A stretch of DNA of 64,000 bases, taken from contig CATNEN010000008.1 in assembly GCA_950097015.1 (NCBI GenBank), positions 4,154,001-4,218,000 on the forward strand, read 5' to 3'. Both the position numbers and the translations under genes were made by a program. How positions within the stretch are numbered: the stretch's first letter is position 1; every line of letters begins with the position of its first letter. Shown one piece after another: positions 38,195 to 51,095 of the stretch. Under the pieces are notes generated by a model. It saw nothing but the letters and a program-made list of their open reading frames with translations, was not told the DNA's origin and ran no database searches. Origin of the DNA: Macrostomum hystrix. Its lineage: Eukaryota > Animalia > Platyhelminthes.

Positions 38195-39420
38195 CGAGGG
38201 CTGTCCCAAAAGTAAGTTTCGGTTATCGATAAAAGGTGAACAGTTTGAAGGAAAGTCTTAAAACTTTAACAGTAGTGAAAACTGGTCATAGTTACTCCAC
38301 AAATTTGCCGTCAAGGTCGACGCAATTTTACCAGCGCCGCACCCACGATTAAAAGGCAGCTTCGCAGCCGCCGGTTGCCAGATGCCCCAAAGCTGATGAA
38401 GCATTGTTGTTAATCTGCTCCACAGAGGCGAAGCGTTGACCGCGAAGGCTCTCCTTCATTCTGGGAAATATATAGAACTCCGCTGGAGCCAAATCAGATG
38501 AACAGCGTGGCTGTGCCAGGACCTCCCAGCTCCAGGACTCCAGGAGCTCCTCCACTCTTCTGGCGCGGTGCACAGGTGCGTTGTCGTGGTGAAAAATCAC
38601 GCCTTTCTCCAGCAAACCAGGCCGCATTTTCCTGATGGATGGCCTAAATTTTTGTTGCAGTACCCGTCGGTAATATTCTGCATTCACCTTGGTGCCGATT
38701 GGCACTGGCCAGTCCACCAGGACCTCATGGATATCAAAGAAGATGATGTGCATCACCTTCAAGGAGCTCTGCTTCCGTTGAACCTTCTAAGGACTCACTG
38801 ATCCCCTTGGAATCCACTGTGCTGACTGGCGCTTGAGCTCAGGATCCCACTCGTAGACCTCAGTCAGGAGATGAGGCACCCACTTTGCGAAGATCTTGTG
38901 CGTGTTCAGCTGCTCAGTAAGAAAGCGATGCACTGTGCTGTGAGGAATGTCCAGGAGGTCCTCGATCTCATTGCAAGTCAATCTGCTGTCAACAGTGACT
39001 GCATGTTTGACACGCTTGGCATTTGCATCAGTAGTGACTGTTATTGGCCTTTGTCTTAATCGACATCCTGCTTGAACTTCACGGACCCATTTCCGAACCG
39101 TTTGAATTGATGGACCATCTTCTTTCAGAACTTGTCCAAGCTCTTCATGAATCTCTGATGTTGATTTGCCAGCCAAAACTGAAAACTTGATGTTTCTGAC
39201 GTCGCATCTTGTGAACGAAGCCGTAGTGGCCATCTTTGCAAACAAAGCTGTGTTTAACTTGATGCCCTGCAGCTTTTGAGACTGAATTTGCTTTCAAATT
39301 TGTGGTGCTCTATGCCATGGATATATGCGAGCTAGATTCAGGAATAACGAACCGCGTTTGCCAAAAATTTGCCTAAGAAAATGCATACTAAAGCGAAACT
39401 TATTTTTGGGATAGCCCTAG
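38195..39420 (-). mobile_element. Mariner-family DNA transposon, defective
   Basis: Imperfect TIRs CGAGGGCTGTCCCAAAAGTAAGTTTCG / CGAAACTTATTTTTGGGATAGCCCTAG, right end followed by TA, length ~1.23 kb. Transposase is split (39245-38787, 38762-38349) with WVPHLL, HHDNAPVH and DLAPAEF motifs; the TGDETW (first catalytic D) segment is deleted. Confidence 0.9.
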
Positions 39421-39434
39421 TAAAGGTGGTACCT

Positions 39435-39793
39435 GGGGGTCGGTGGCAGAGCAGTCTAACGCGTTTGCCTCTCGCACCAAGGTCCCTAAGTTCGATTCCA
39501 CGGCGAGGCCACATTCATTTGGGGCGCAGCCGCGGAGAGAAGGCTTGGGGGCTTGTCGTGCAATTTACGCCCTTGTGGGCCAACCTCCAAGGCACAGTGA
39601 GAGTGTACACTGCCTGACGATGAGAAAGTCAGGGCAGATGTACACACCTGTGTGAGCGTGTGCCTGCGTACGGTATCTGTGTGCGTGTGTGCTCAGGAGT
39701 CAGCGAAATGGGCAGAATTGCCTCCTCGCTGGCTGCGGGTCTAGTGTCACCAAATTATGTGCCACTGCCCGCAGCCCTTCTGCAATTATTATT
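39435..39793 (+). mobile_element. tRNA-derived SINE, full length
   Basis: A-box TGGCAGAGCAG and B-box GTTCGATTCC in a tRNA-like head, (ATT)n tail, 12-bp target-site duplication AAGGTGGTACCT at 39423-39434 and 39794-39805. Confidence 0.85.
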
Positions 39794-40115
39794 AAGGTGG
39801 TACCTATTTTTCACTTGTTGGTACCCTTATGCTACCCTCTCGGCCAAATGTCGTAAGTTATAATCCCTTCCGCTAACGAGCATATGTGATATTCTGAGCA
39901 GTACAACAATGAACAGTTAAAGGTTGGTAAAAGCTATAAAACAAGACCGGATATAATGCGCCACCAGCCAATGGGAGTCGGACGAGCGACCAATAGGGCG
40001 CGGAGAAATCGCTGCTGCAGGTCTGATCCATTGTATTTTTTTCTAACCAAAATCTCCCAGCTTTATATTGCAGCACCAAGACGTCAAGCACTGAATGATT
40101 GGCTGCTCCCAGGCA

Positions 40116-41752
40116 ATGTCCACACTACTTCAGCTTCTGCTCATGGTGGGCCTCGCGTTCAGCCCCACTACAGTGCAATGTAAGAAAATGATAATTCATT
40201 GTAAAACAGCAATCATGCATGAAAGTCGATGTAATCAATTTGTTTAAATACTACAGGCCAGAACATCACCTGCATTAACTTTATAATCATTTTCTACGGA
40301 CCATTTTCTTACAACTTCTGGAAAATTGACGCCAATTCAAGAGTTCTTCACTCACGGTCAGCCGCCGACTCACCGCTACAGATGCGGTTGGAGGCAGCCC
40401 TTGATGGCACAGCGAACGCAGTGTCTTTTGCAGACGCACAGAGACGCGGCTACTATTTTCACCTGTCCGGTACGGCGTTGTACGTCACCCAGAATGACAA
40501 CACGATCGCTTTCAGGGAGTCAGCCAGCTTCAGAATTAGGGCGTCGGAGTTCTGCAATCACTGGCGCATCAGTCCCGTGCAGTATCCGAGCCAGGTGATC
40601 CGGCACCAGAACACTTACCTGACAAGATCCGAATGGTCCACAGATTCTCTACTACTCTCAGATTCTTCTTTATCCTTCCACTGTGTCAACTGTAAGTCAG
40701 ATTGCATACAGCAATACTTCATTGGTGCACGCTACAGATGTCTATGGACCAAAGTTATGGGGCAGTTTAGCTAGGCGGAGGGGGTCAGTGGCATTGGCAG
40801 TGGCATTGTTTGCTAAGGTTTAGAATTCTATGCAGAGCGGTCTAACACGTTTGCCTATCGCACCAAGGTCCCTGAGCTCGAATCCGCAGCGAGGCCACAT
40901 TAATTTGGGGCGCAGCAGCGGAGAGAAATTTGTCGTGCAATTTACGCCCTTGACGGGCAACCTCTAAGGCACAGTGAAAGCGCACACTGCCTAACGACGA
41001 GAAAGTCAGGGCAGATGTACACACCTGTGTGAGCATGTGCCTGCGTATGGTATCTGTGTGCGTGTGGGCTCAGGAGTCAATGAAATGGGCAGAATTGCCT
41101 CCTCGCTGGCAGCCGGTCTATTGTCACTAAACGATGTGCCATTGCTTGCAGCCCTCCTGAAATTGTTTTTATTAATAGCTAGGTAGATATATCATTTCGT
41201 GGCCATAGATATTCCAGGCCTTGATAGGTAGACACCAATATACCCCGCCAGAATAAAACCACAGCTTCGCAGTGTTTCCCACAGCTTGGGCTAGTTCTGC
41301 TCCTGTTTCAGACACCAGCATCTGCTCAGGCCAGCGACTGCTCCTGAAGGCGACAAGCAGCAACTCGTACATATCGTGCTCAGCTAATCTATCGTGTCTG
41401 CTAACGCCTTACGAATCAGAGGCAACAGTGCTCTATGATCAGGCGGGCCTGAGCAGCCTGCCGAGCTCTGTGTCCTTCCGCTCATCCGACTATCCCGGCT
41501 ACTACCTGTCCGTGGACTCTCAGTGCCTCAAGCTGATGCCATCAGCTGGCAGTTCAGCGTTCAACATCAGCGCCTCCCTGAGACTGACCTTCGCAGCGTC
41601 GGGCGTCGACTGCGGCGATCGTCGCCTCCTGCTGCCAGGGCTCAGCAGCAGCGTGCTGACTATTCCGGGCTATGGATGTGCGATCAACTCGGTCATCTGG
41701 AATTCTGAGAGCTACACTACCTACACGCAGTTTAATTTAGTCTGTTTGCCAG
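40116..41752 (+). CDS. Secreted tandem AbfB/CBM42-like protein, unit E
   Basis: Exons 40116-40179 (MSTLLQLLLMVGLAFSPTTVQ), 40257-40691, 41312-41752; SINE in intron 2. Confidence 0.75.
40780..41175 (+). mobile_element. tRNA-derived SINE copy in intron 2 of unit E
   Basis: Colinear with the 39435 copy; short insertion in the A-box; decayed TSD TAGCTAGG on both sides. Confidence 0.8.
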
Positions 41753-42737
41753 GTGAGACAGAGGTGTGCAAATTTTCTAATAATAAAAATCAAGACGCTT
41801 GCATGTAAGGTGCTACTAAAAGAGGTAAGTAAATGACGGTGAGGATACAAACATTACCTGTTCTGTTGTTTCTGCATTGAGAAAGCTTCCGTAAACGATG
41901 AAACAAAAAATCCTTGGCTGTCTATTGTGTGAATCTATTGTACAAGTACACATGTGCCTCATCATAATGAGACTGCATGCAATTAGACTTTTACGCTTGA
42001 ACTGTTAAGTCTTCTAACCAATTGGTTAATGCTTAACAGTATGAAACATCCGTCACTAAAAGCTAAAATGCTTCATTCTAATTCAAGCAGTCTACTAATT
42101 GTTCACGGTTGATGAAAGGCTTGTCGCAAAATGCGGCTACAAATTTATGCTTCAATACATAAATTAGAAAATTATATCAGTGTACGATTTTCCAAAACAT
42201 TTATCCATTTTCTCGATGATATTAACTTGACAGAATAAATAAACATCTCTCGTTTGACAATCAATTAACTCAATAATGATGGCATTTCGAGCGGTCCATT
42301 ACCGATTTGCCAACTTCATCAAGGCTTTTTATAAAAACGGCACGTGTTAAAATTCGATTTATTTGACAATGCGCAAGTTGTCGATGAGTACTGAAGTGGA
42401 GTGAGAACATTGCAGCAAACCATGAATTTGGAATGTTTAACAAACTTATTTCAACAAAGAAATTCTTTACCAAGGAGTACCGTTGCTTTTCATTTGTTTG
42501 ATGTCAAGCTTCATGAAAAATTCATGGCTTCTTTTCAAACCCACTGCCTCCAAAACTTCAAGCTTTGAAAAGACGTCCCGTTACAATGCCAAGGCGACTG
42601 TCCCACAACCAAATAGAAGCCAACAGCTGCTGGGATTCACACAGACCATCTGCCTCAGAGGAGAACGATAATGAGGAAATTTAAACTGCCTCTGGAATGA
42701 AAGCTACTCAAACTATTTCTCAGTCCATCTAGCCAGA

Positions 42738-43870
42738 ATGACTGAGTTATCCCTAGCTCGGCTTAGACAACTGCTCGTTGTCTGCGTAGCGCTGACAGCA
42801 CTTGGAGTTTCAGGTGAGGCTGAATTAACTCCCTGATCCCTGGTGTCATTTACTAGAAGTACTTGAAAAGTGTCATGCTTTGTAAAATAAAACAATTATT
42901 CATTCAGGACAAAACATCACATGCGACACCTTCATGATGATGGCCTACGGACCAGACTCAAACCGATTCTTCTCATACGACTCGAACTCAAGAGTGATCA
43001 TCTCACAGTTGTCAACCGACTCGCCGCTGCAGATGAGGCTCGAAGCCGCACTGGATGGAACTTCCACCGCTGTGTCCTTCGCCGACGCACTGAGGCCGAA
43101 TTTCTACCTTTTCATGAATGGCCAGCAGCTGCACGTGTCGCAGACTGACAATTCGACCTCATTCCGACGAGGCGCAAGCTTCAGCATTGAGACTGCGGAG
43201 TTTTGCAATCACTGGCGCATCAGCCCGCTGCTGTATCCGGGACAGCGGCTGCGACATGCCAGCTTCGTCCTGACCAGTTCCGACTGGTCGAATGGGGCAC
43301 TTTTCAGGTCCGACTCAGCGTTTTCGTTTCACTGCACCGACTGTGAGTAGACCAGCAAAGCTCTTTTATCGTAGAATACGGAATAAAAAAGTGTAAAAAG
43401 CCTGCGTTCCAAAAACACCGCAGACATTCCACTCTGCCCATCGAGAAGGCTTCGCATGTTGAATGTTAAAAGCTGGACCTACCTGGTGTGCTCAACCGCG
43501 AGCTGCGATCGGACGGCAGCCGCATCGAGTGCCACGGTGTTTATTGAGCAGGCGGGCCTGAGCCGCGCGCCAAACACAATGTCCTTCCAGTCGGCCAATC
43601 AGTCAAATCAATTTCTCTACTTATCCGGTCACTGCTTCTTGTTGGCACCATCGACAGGCAATTCGGCATTCAACAGCGGCGCCAGCCTGCGACCGGCCTA
43701 CGCTGCGGCTGGCTCCGAGTGCAGCGAGCGACGCCTCCTGCTGCCAATGATCAGCGGTGCCGTGCTGGACTTCGTGGCTGGCGCCAGCTGCAGAATCACT
43801 TACGCCACCTGGAATCGAGCTACGAGTATTTACTCGAATTATCCCACTATACAACTAGAGTGTGAACCAG
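42738..43870 (+). CDS. Secreted tandem AbfB/CBM42-like protein, unit F
   Basis: Exons 42738-42813 (MTELSLARLRQLLVVCVALTALGVS), 42908-43342, 43424-43870. Confidence 0.75.
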
Positions 43871-44511
43871 GTGAGTTGGCAATTCTTGTCAGTAGAAAAC
43901 CTCTGAACAATACATACGGCGCGTGCAGTTAGGAAGCTGAAAGGTAAGTTGAAGGGTAATTTATTATCATAAAAGTATCGGCATTTATTAGTGCCGTTTT
44001 CCTTCGATAATTTTGTTCCACGTCCTAATTGACTCACTACTAGCACAAGTAATATGCATGGCTTCGCGGTGGTTTTAATTACTTTTCCCGATAGAAAATG
44101 CCTGGCTAGAATATTGTGTTTGAGTAGGTGATGTACCTTCTGGCCAGGATGTCTGGGATTCGAGTCTCAGCCCAAAGGGGGGAAATGCGTCCTTAACAGT
44201 AGAAATACCACGGGGTATTTCAAATCGTTGCCTACTTCCCAATACCTGCCAAACCGAATGACCGATTTTCGTGAAAGTCCACCATATGGATTTAAATTTT
44301 CCGCCCTTTTCGATGAACTAAGTTTCCAAGCCGTCCGAAGTCAGCATCGGCGAGATATTCAGCGATTTTTGCCGAAGACTGGGTTTTTGACTGGGCTAGT
44401 GTCATTTCCATCGATAATTTATTAGCTATCTTTGTGATCCAGTCAAACTTTAAGGACCAATATAGTCTAGCCAGCTGCATCCAATAGACGATCGAAAGTG
44501 ACTGTCAATAA

Positions 44512-46555
44512 CCTTGTCTCCTTGTCACTCTCCTTGTCATTCTCCTTGTCACTCTCCTTGTAATTCTCCTTGTCACTCTCCTTGTCACTCTCCTTGTAAT
44601 TCTCCTTGTCACTCTCCTTGTCACTCTCTTTGTCACTTTCCTTGTCACTCTGCTTCTCACTTTACTTGTCACACTCCTTGTCACTCTCATTGCCACTCTC
44701 CTTGTCACTCTCCTTGTCACTCTCCTTGTAACTCTCCTTGTCACTCACCTTGTCACTCTCCTTGTCACTCTCATAGTCACTCTCCTTGTCGCTCTTCTTG
44801 TCTCTCTCCTTGTCACTCTCCTTGTCACTCTCCTTGTAACTCTCCTTGTCACTCACCTTGTCACTCTCCTTGTCACTCTCATAGTCACTCTCCTTGTCGC
44901 TCTTCTTGTCTCTCTCCTTGTCACTCTCCTTGTCACTCTCCTTGTAACTCTCCTTGTCACTCACCTTGTCACTCTCCTTGTCACTCTCATAGTCACTCTC
45001 CTTGTCGCTCTTCTTGTCTCTCTCCTTGTAACTCTCCTTGTCACTCACCTTGTCACTCTCCTTGTCACTCTCCTTGTCACTCTCTTTGTCACTTTCCTTG
45101 TCACTCTGCTTCTCGCTTTACTTGTCACACTCCTTGTCACTCTCCTTGTAATTCTCCTTGTCACTCTCCTTGTCACTCTCTTTGTCACTTTCCTTGTCAC
45201 TCTGCTTCTCACTTTACTTGTCACACTCCTTGTCACTCTCATTGCCACTCTCCTTGTCACTCTCCTTGTCACTCTCCTTGTCACTCACCTTGTCACTCTC
45301 CTTTTCACTCTCATAGTCACTCTCCTTGTCGCTCTTCTTGTCACTCTCCTTGTAACTCTCCTTGTCACTCACCTTGTCACTCTCCTTGTCACTCTCCTTG
45401 TCACTCTCTTTGTCACTTTCCTTGTCACTCTGCTTCTCGCTTTACTTGTAACTCCCCTTGTCACTCACTTTGTCACTCTCCTTGTCACTCTCATAGTCAC
45501 TCTCCTTGTCGCTCTTCTTGTCTCTCTCCTTGTAACTCTCCTTGTCACTCACCTTGTCACTCTCCTTGTCACTCTCCTTGTCACTCTCTTTGTCACTTTC
45601 CTTGTCACTCTGCTTCTCGCTTTACTTGTCACACTCCTTGTCACTCTCCTTGTAATTCTCCTTGTCACTCTCCTTGTCACTCTCTTTGCCACTCTCCTTG
45701 TCACTCTCCTTGTCACTCTCCTTGTCACTCACCTTGTCACTCTCCTTTTCACTCTCATAGTCACTCTCCTTGTCGCTCTTCTTGTCACTCTCCTTGTAAC
45801 TCTCCTTTTCACTCTCATAGTCACTCTCCTTGTCGCTCTTCTTGTCACTCTCCTTGTAACTCTCCTTGTCACTCACCTTGTCACTCTCCTTGTCACTCTC
45901 CTTGTCACTCTCTTTGTCACTTTCCTTGTCACTCTGCTTCTCGCTTTACTTGTAACTCCCCTTGTCACTCACTTTGTCACTCTCCTTGTCACTCTCATAG
46001 TCACTCTCCTTGTCGCTCTTCTTGTCTCTCTCCTTGTAACTCTCCTTGTCACTCACCTTGTCACTCTCCTTGTCACTCTCCTTGTCACTCTCTTTGTCAC
46101 TTTCCTTGTCACTCTGCTTCTCGCTTTACTTGTCACACTCCTTGTCAATCTCCTTGTAATTCTCCTTGTCACTCTCCTTGTCACTCTCTTTGTCACTTTC
46201 CTTGTCACTCTGCTTCTCACTTTACTTGTCACACTCCTTGTCACTCTCATTGCCACTCTCCTTGTCACTCTCCTTGTCACTCTCCTTGTCACTCACCTTG
46301 TCACTCTCCTTTTCACTCTCATAGTCACTCTCCTTGTCGCTCTTCTTGTCACTCTCCTTGTAACTCTCCTTGTCACTCACCTTGTCACTCTCCTTGTCAC
46401 TCTCCTTGTCACTCTCTTTGTCACTTTCCTTGTCACTCTGCTTCTCGCTTTACTTGTAACTTCCCTTGTCACTCACTTTGTCACTCTCCTTGTCACTCTC
46501 ATAGTCACTCTCCTTTTCACTCTCCTTTTCAATCTCCTTGTCACTCTCCTTATCA
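44512..46555. repeat. 12-mer satellite (CTCCTTGTCACT)n with higher-order blocks
   Basis: Variant units (TCATAGTCAC, GCTTCTCGCTTTAC) recur in blocks. Confidence 0.95.
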
Positions 46556-47740
46556 CTCTACATGCATACAAGCATGCTGCAATCTGATTCTGATTGGAGA
46601 TAAACACTGTCCAGGGATTTCATTGGAGTCAACACTGTCCAATCAGGTAGGCACCCACCATTGTCTAAAACTACCTGTGCGTGAATCGACCTAATATTCG
46701 GTTGCTCATGTCATATTCAAGTTGCAGAATCAAAAACATATTGCTAAGGCCGTAGGCAACATCACCGGCTAAACCAAATGGCTTTTAGCATACAATCAGG
46801 TGTCTTCTTGATGCTGATGCTTTCTGAAGTGTACTCAGGTGAGAGTCCAGGATTGCTCAAAGTCAGTGCCAGATGCTTTGTCATAGATCTTGCGCGAATA
46901 ACAATGAGAAAAATAGTTTCAGAACAAAGCTTCAACTGCAGCAGCAGCTTCATCTTCATGCCGTATGGACCCTACTTAAACTACTTCTACGCCTACGACT
47001 CGGCTAATCGAGTTCTCATTTCCAAGTCCACGAGCAACACGCTGCTGCAGATGCGGCTGGAGGCAGCTCTTGATGGCACGGTGAGTGCCGTCTCTATCGC
47101 AGACGCTCAAAGACCTGACTACTATTTTCGCCTGTCTGGGACTAGTTTCTACGTGTCTAGGACAGACAACACGGCCGCATTCAGGCAGTCAGCCAGCTTC
47201 AGAATCCGCTCAGCAGAGTTTTGCAATCACTGGCGCCTCAGTCCCGTGCAGTATCCGAGCCAGGTCATCCGGCACCAGAGTTATTACCTGACGAGATCTG
47301 AATGGTCCACCAATGCCCTGCTGATGTCAGACTCGGCCGTTTCCTGTCACTGCGTCGATTGTGAGTAGACACCTGACCACTTACAGCCACTTTGTACCCA
47401 ACAAATCGACAATGAAATCTCTAATCACTATAGCTCGCATTGGCCATGGCTAAAGGACAGGTGTAGTTTTAGTTTTCCACTCAAGCGGAAATGAGAACCT
47501 GTGGCCCGTCACTGTCTGGGGATTATCGCACAAAAGACATCCTCATCTGCTGCTGATCTGCCAAATCCGGCTAGCCTCGACAATGGCATGACCTGCTTGA
47601 CTCGGATCAGGCAGACAAGGCTCAGAGAATTCTAATTAATTCCAGGAATTCATGACAGAGAAAATTTTTAATATTTCCTTTCGATATGACTGCCTTCTGA
47701 CTTGGCTCTTGTACTTTTATAACTGTGAAAGAATGTTTGC

Positions 47741-47943
47741 AATAATAATAATTGCAGAATGGCTGTGGGAAATGGCATATCATTTGGTGACACTAGACCT
47801 ACTGCCAGCGAGGAGGCAATTCTGCCCATTTCGCTGACTCCTGAGCACACACGTACTCAAATGAATGTGGCCTTACCGAGGAATCGAGCTCAGGGACCTT
47901 GGTGGGAGAGGCAAACACGTTAATCGCTCTGTCACCGACCCCC
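47741..47943 (-). mobile_element. SINE copy with internal deletion, intron 2 of unit G
   Basis: Head and tail match the full copy; the central part is missing. Confidence 0.75.
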
Positions 47944-47949
47944 GTAAGA

Positions 47950-48110
47950 TGAGTAACGAACATTAGTAACGAACATTAGTAACGAACATTAGTAACGAAC
48001 ATTAGTAACGAACATTAGTAACGAACATTAGTAACGAACATTAGTAACGAACATTAGTAACGAACATTAGTAACGAACATTAGTAACGAACATTAGTAAC
48101 GAACATTAGT
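47950..48110. repeat. 13-bp tandem repeat AGTAACGAACATT
   Basis: About 12 perfect copies adjacent to the SINE 5' end. Confidence 0.95.
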
Positions 48111-50727
48111 ACGATGAGTAGCAGCATTAGCTGATGTGAAATTTGGAAAGTGGGTATTGCGCCGGCTGCTGCTTTTCTAGCTGTAAATCTGCTTTAGTTT
48201 CTTCTTATCGACTCTATTCATTACCTGATGTCGCTTATTAATCATGCTTGGGGGGGCTAAAATGTCGTCAAGCTCATTAAATTGTTTTATGAGGCCTGAT
48301 AGATAATAAAATTATTTATTCCTTATTGTTGTTCAAGATACCTTCAGCTCAACCTTAAATGATCAGCGCCCCAGTTACAAGATTGCAATCCTCGCACCTG
48401 TTGTCAGACACTCAGCTCTGTGCAACTCGCCAGTTGCAATTGAAGACAGTCTCTGGCGCAGGTGATCATGTTTACCTGCTCTGCACACCCAATGCCACCT
48501 GTCAGCTGACGAGAGATTCATCCGGCGCCACAGTGCTCACTGAGCAGGCGGGCCTGAGCAGCCTGCCGAGCTCCGAGCTACCTGTCCGTGGACTCTCAGT
48601 GCCTCATGATGAGGCCATCAGCTGGCACTTCAGCATTCAACATCAGCGCCACCCTGAGACTCATCTTCGCAGCGTCGGGCGTCGACTGCGGCGATCGTCG
48701 CCTCCTGCTGCCGGGGTTCAGCGGCGGCGTGCTGATCTTGGACGAATCACCAACCGCTGTCTGCCATGTTCGATTGGCCAACTGGAGTCCGAGTAGCTAC
48801 TCAACTTATGCGCTGTTTAGCTTCACATGTCAGCCAGGTGAGATTAATTTGCTAAAAATTCGCGCCATCTCGACAAAGGACCCCCAGGAGTGAAAGGACG
48901 GGAAACAGCGTTTCTTAGAAACATTTTTGGAGGCCATTTTGCCGAGAAATGCACTGCGCCGATAGGACATTTTTTTAATTTTTCTGCACAACTCTAGTGA
49001 CTGTACTTTGATTTGGTAGAAGGCTCAACTTTAGATATTAGGTTTTTTATTTCCAGCTTCATGTATTTCTGTCCAGCTTCATTTGTGAAAAACAGGATTT
49101 CATACTATTTTTCCCATTTCCTCTACATGCCCTCCCCTAAGTGCCAAAATGCATTAATTTGCTCCTGAAACAACGAAACCATTTATAAAATATACGAGTA
49201 ATAGTACAAACTTTTAGGAAGCTTAGTAAAATTCGTTGCAGCAGCATGTTTGGTAAGTTACATCAAAAGAAGAGCTTCGGATCTGCTTCCGATAAAAACG
49301 ATCAATATTTTAATAAGTTTAAAAAAAATGAAAATTTCCTCTTTCTCCGCAGTGTATTTTTGGCGAAAACCAGCCTCTTAAACTTTTCTAAGAAACGATT
49401 AATCCTGTCCTTGTCGATTTTATTCAGGGATAACTTCCATCGGGTAAGAACAGAGGTGAGGATATATTTCTTAGATTACACATGCCGAGCAGTACTGCTT
49501 TTGTTTGAATGCTTGTATCTTACGTTATCAGAACTTGCATGTACTAAATAAAAAGGCCCACGAGGCAAAAAATATTTTAAAACTTTTAGAATTGCACGAC
49601 GTCTGGCCCAACTGGGTGAAGTGTCATTTCTGTTCGATGTTGCATTTTTCTCTTGATCCTTAGTCGTCGGCCGCGTCGATTCGTAGCTCGAATTTAGAAA
49701 TCAGGACTCTCCGCTTAGGGAAACCCTGTCGCTAGTTCTTTTCATGACGTCAGCTTCTATTTTTAGAAAGTCACGTGAAGTTTCTATTTTTAGAAAGACA
49801 TCAGTTTCCTTTCTAGAAAATCATCAAATTCTATTTTTAGAAAGTGACGTGATATCTCCTGCGCCCATAGATTTTCCCATGGCTATATTTCAGATCATTC
49901 AATTCCACTCTCCTCAATAGCTCAACCAGATCCATTTAGAAGGAATCCGAAAGTCACCATAAATAGCAACTTTCTAAAAACTTGCTATAATGTCTTAGAA
50001 CAGACCTCCACCACCATCTGTTGGTTAAATAAAACTGCGCGACAGCAATTTTTTGTTGTGTCCACATCCTGTGCAGAACTTCCTGTGTCCGCTCAGCATA
50101 GTGGCTGAAATGAAATCTAAGAAGGAGATCTTTTGGAAAAAAAACTTCACTTTTTTAAGCTTTACTGTGTAATATATTATGAACTGAACTAAGCACACAG
50201 GCTACAGTGAACACGCAGCTAGATGCGTATTGTGTACTGACAAATAAACTTAAGCAGTTCTAAACTGCATTCTTTGTTCTCTCTTCCGAGTGGCCCTTAG
50301 TCATTAGAAGAGTACGTTAAGCTTAAGTACCCCTAGTCAGGTATTCAGACACCCAAGGTCTCTTGTTATACTCTACTATTAAGATTACCATAAGTATGTT
50401 CAACTTTAAAATGAATGCAAGCTAAAAGCAAAAGTATTTTTACGGACTATGAATAAAAAATGTAGCAAAAAACGGATCATGTTCTAACTGCTCAGTCAGA
50501 AACTGCCCAACTAAGCAAACTGCTCACTTAGAACATTTACAAAGTGAGCAAACACACATGGCCTGAAGTTGAGAAGGACTTAGTACATTGATGCATACAC
50601 CTTGCGAGACTGCCACTTAGATCTCGCTGAAAGACACTTAATAATAGCAGGTGATTATAAATTTAATTTGTCGAAATGACTAAGAAAAGGTCAGAGTGAT
50701 TCAAATAAATGCGATGCACGAGACGGA

Positions 50728-51095
50728 GAGGGTGGGCGCTGGGGCAGGGTGACACCCAAGACGGGGCAGAGAGAAAGGTGGGTGGCGGGGCTGACCAATC
50801 AAGCGCCGACCCAGCCACGCAAAACAGGGTTTGGGGGTTAGGGCAAAAGCCATGTGGACGGGGGAGGGTGGGCGCTGGGGCAGGGTGACACCCAAGACGG
50901 GGCAGAGAGAAAGGTGGGTGGCGGGGCTGGCCAATCAAGCGCCGACCCGGCCACGCAAAACAGGGTTTGGGGGTTAGGGCAAAAGCCATGTGGACGGGGG
51001 AGGGTGGGCGCTGGGGCAGGGTGACACCCAAGACGGGGCAGAGAGAAAGGTTGGGGGCGGGGCTGACCAATCAAGCGCCGACCCGGACACGCAAA
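50728..51095. repeat. 136-bp GC-rich tandem repeat (~2.7 copies)
   Basis: GAGGGTGGGCGCTGGGGCAGGG recurs at 50728, 50864, 51000. Confidence 0.9.

Larger units (their letters stand above)
46778..48837 (+). pseudogene. Tandem AbfB/CBM42-like unit G with frameshifted second domain
   Basis: Exons 46778-46838 (MAFSIQSGVFLMLMLSEVYS), 46923-47360, 48408-48837. At ~48575 the 32 nt encoding VSFRSSDYPGY in paralogues are replaced by 3 nt (net -29), shifting the frame to a stop at ~48796. Confidence 0.65.

Noticed and set aside
39435-39512. tRNA gene
   Set aside because: Has A and B boxes but poor acceptor and anticodon pairing, and continues into a repeated body with TSDs, so it is a SINE head.
39605-39645. 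Hammerhead-like core CTGACGA-TGA-GAAA-GTC in the SINE
   Set aside because: No room for stems II and III, and CTGAC pairs with GTCAG in a simple hairpin, which would sequester the core.
44514-46694. 726-aa Cys/His/Ser/Pro-rich ORF resembling a metal-binding or keratin-associated protein
   Set aside because: Product of a 12-bp satellite with no stop in that frame; starts at TTG, has no signal peptide or splice context. Ribosome profiling would be needed to revive it.
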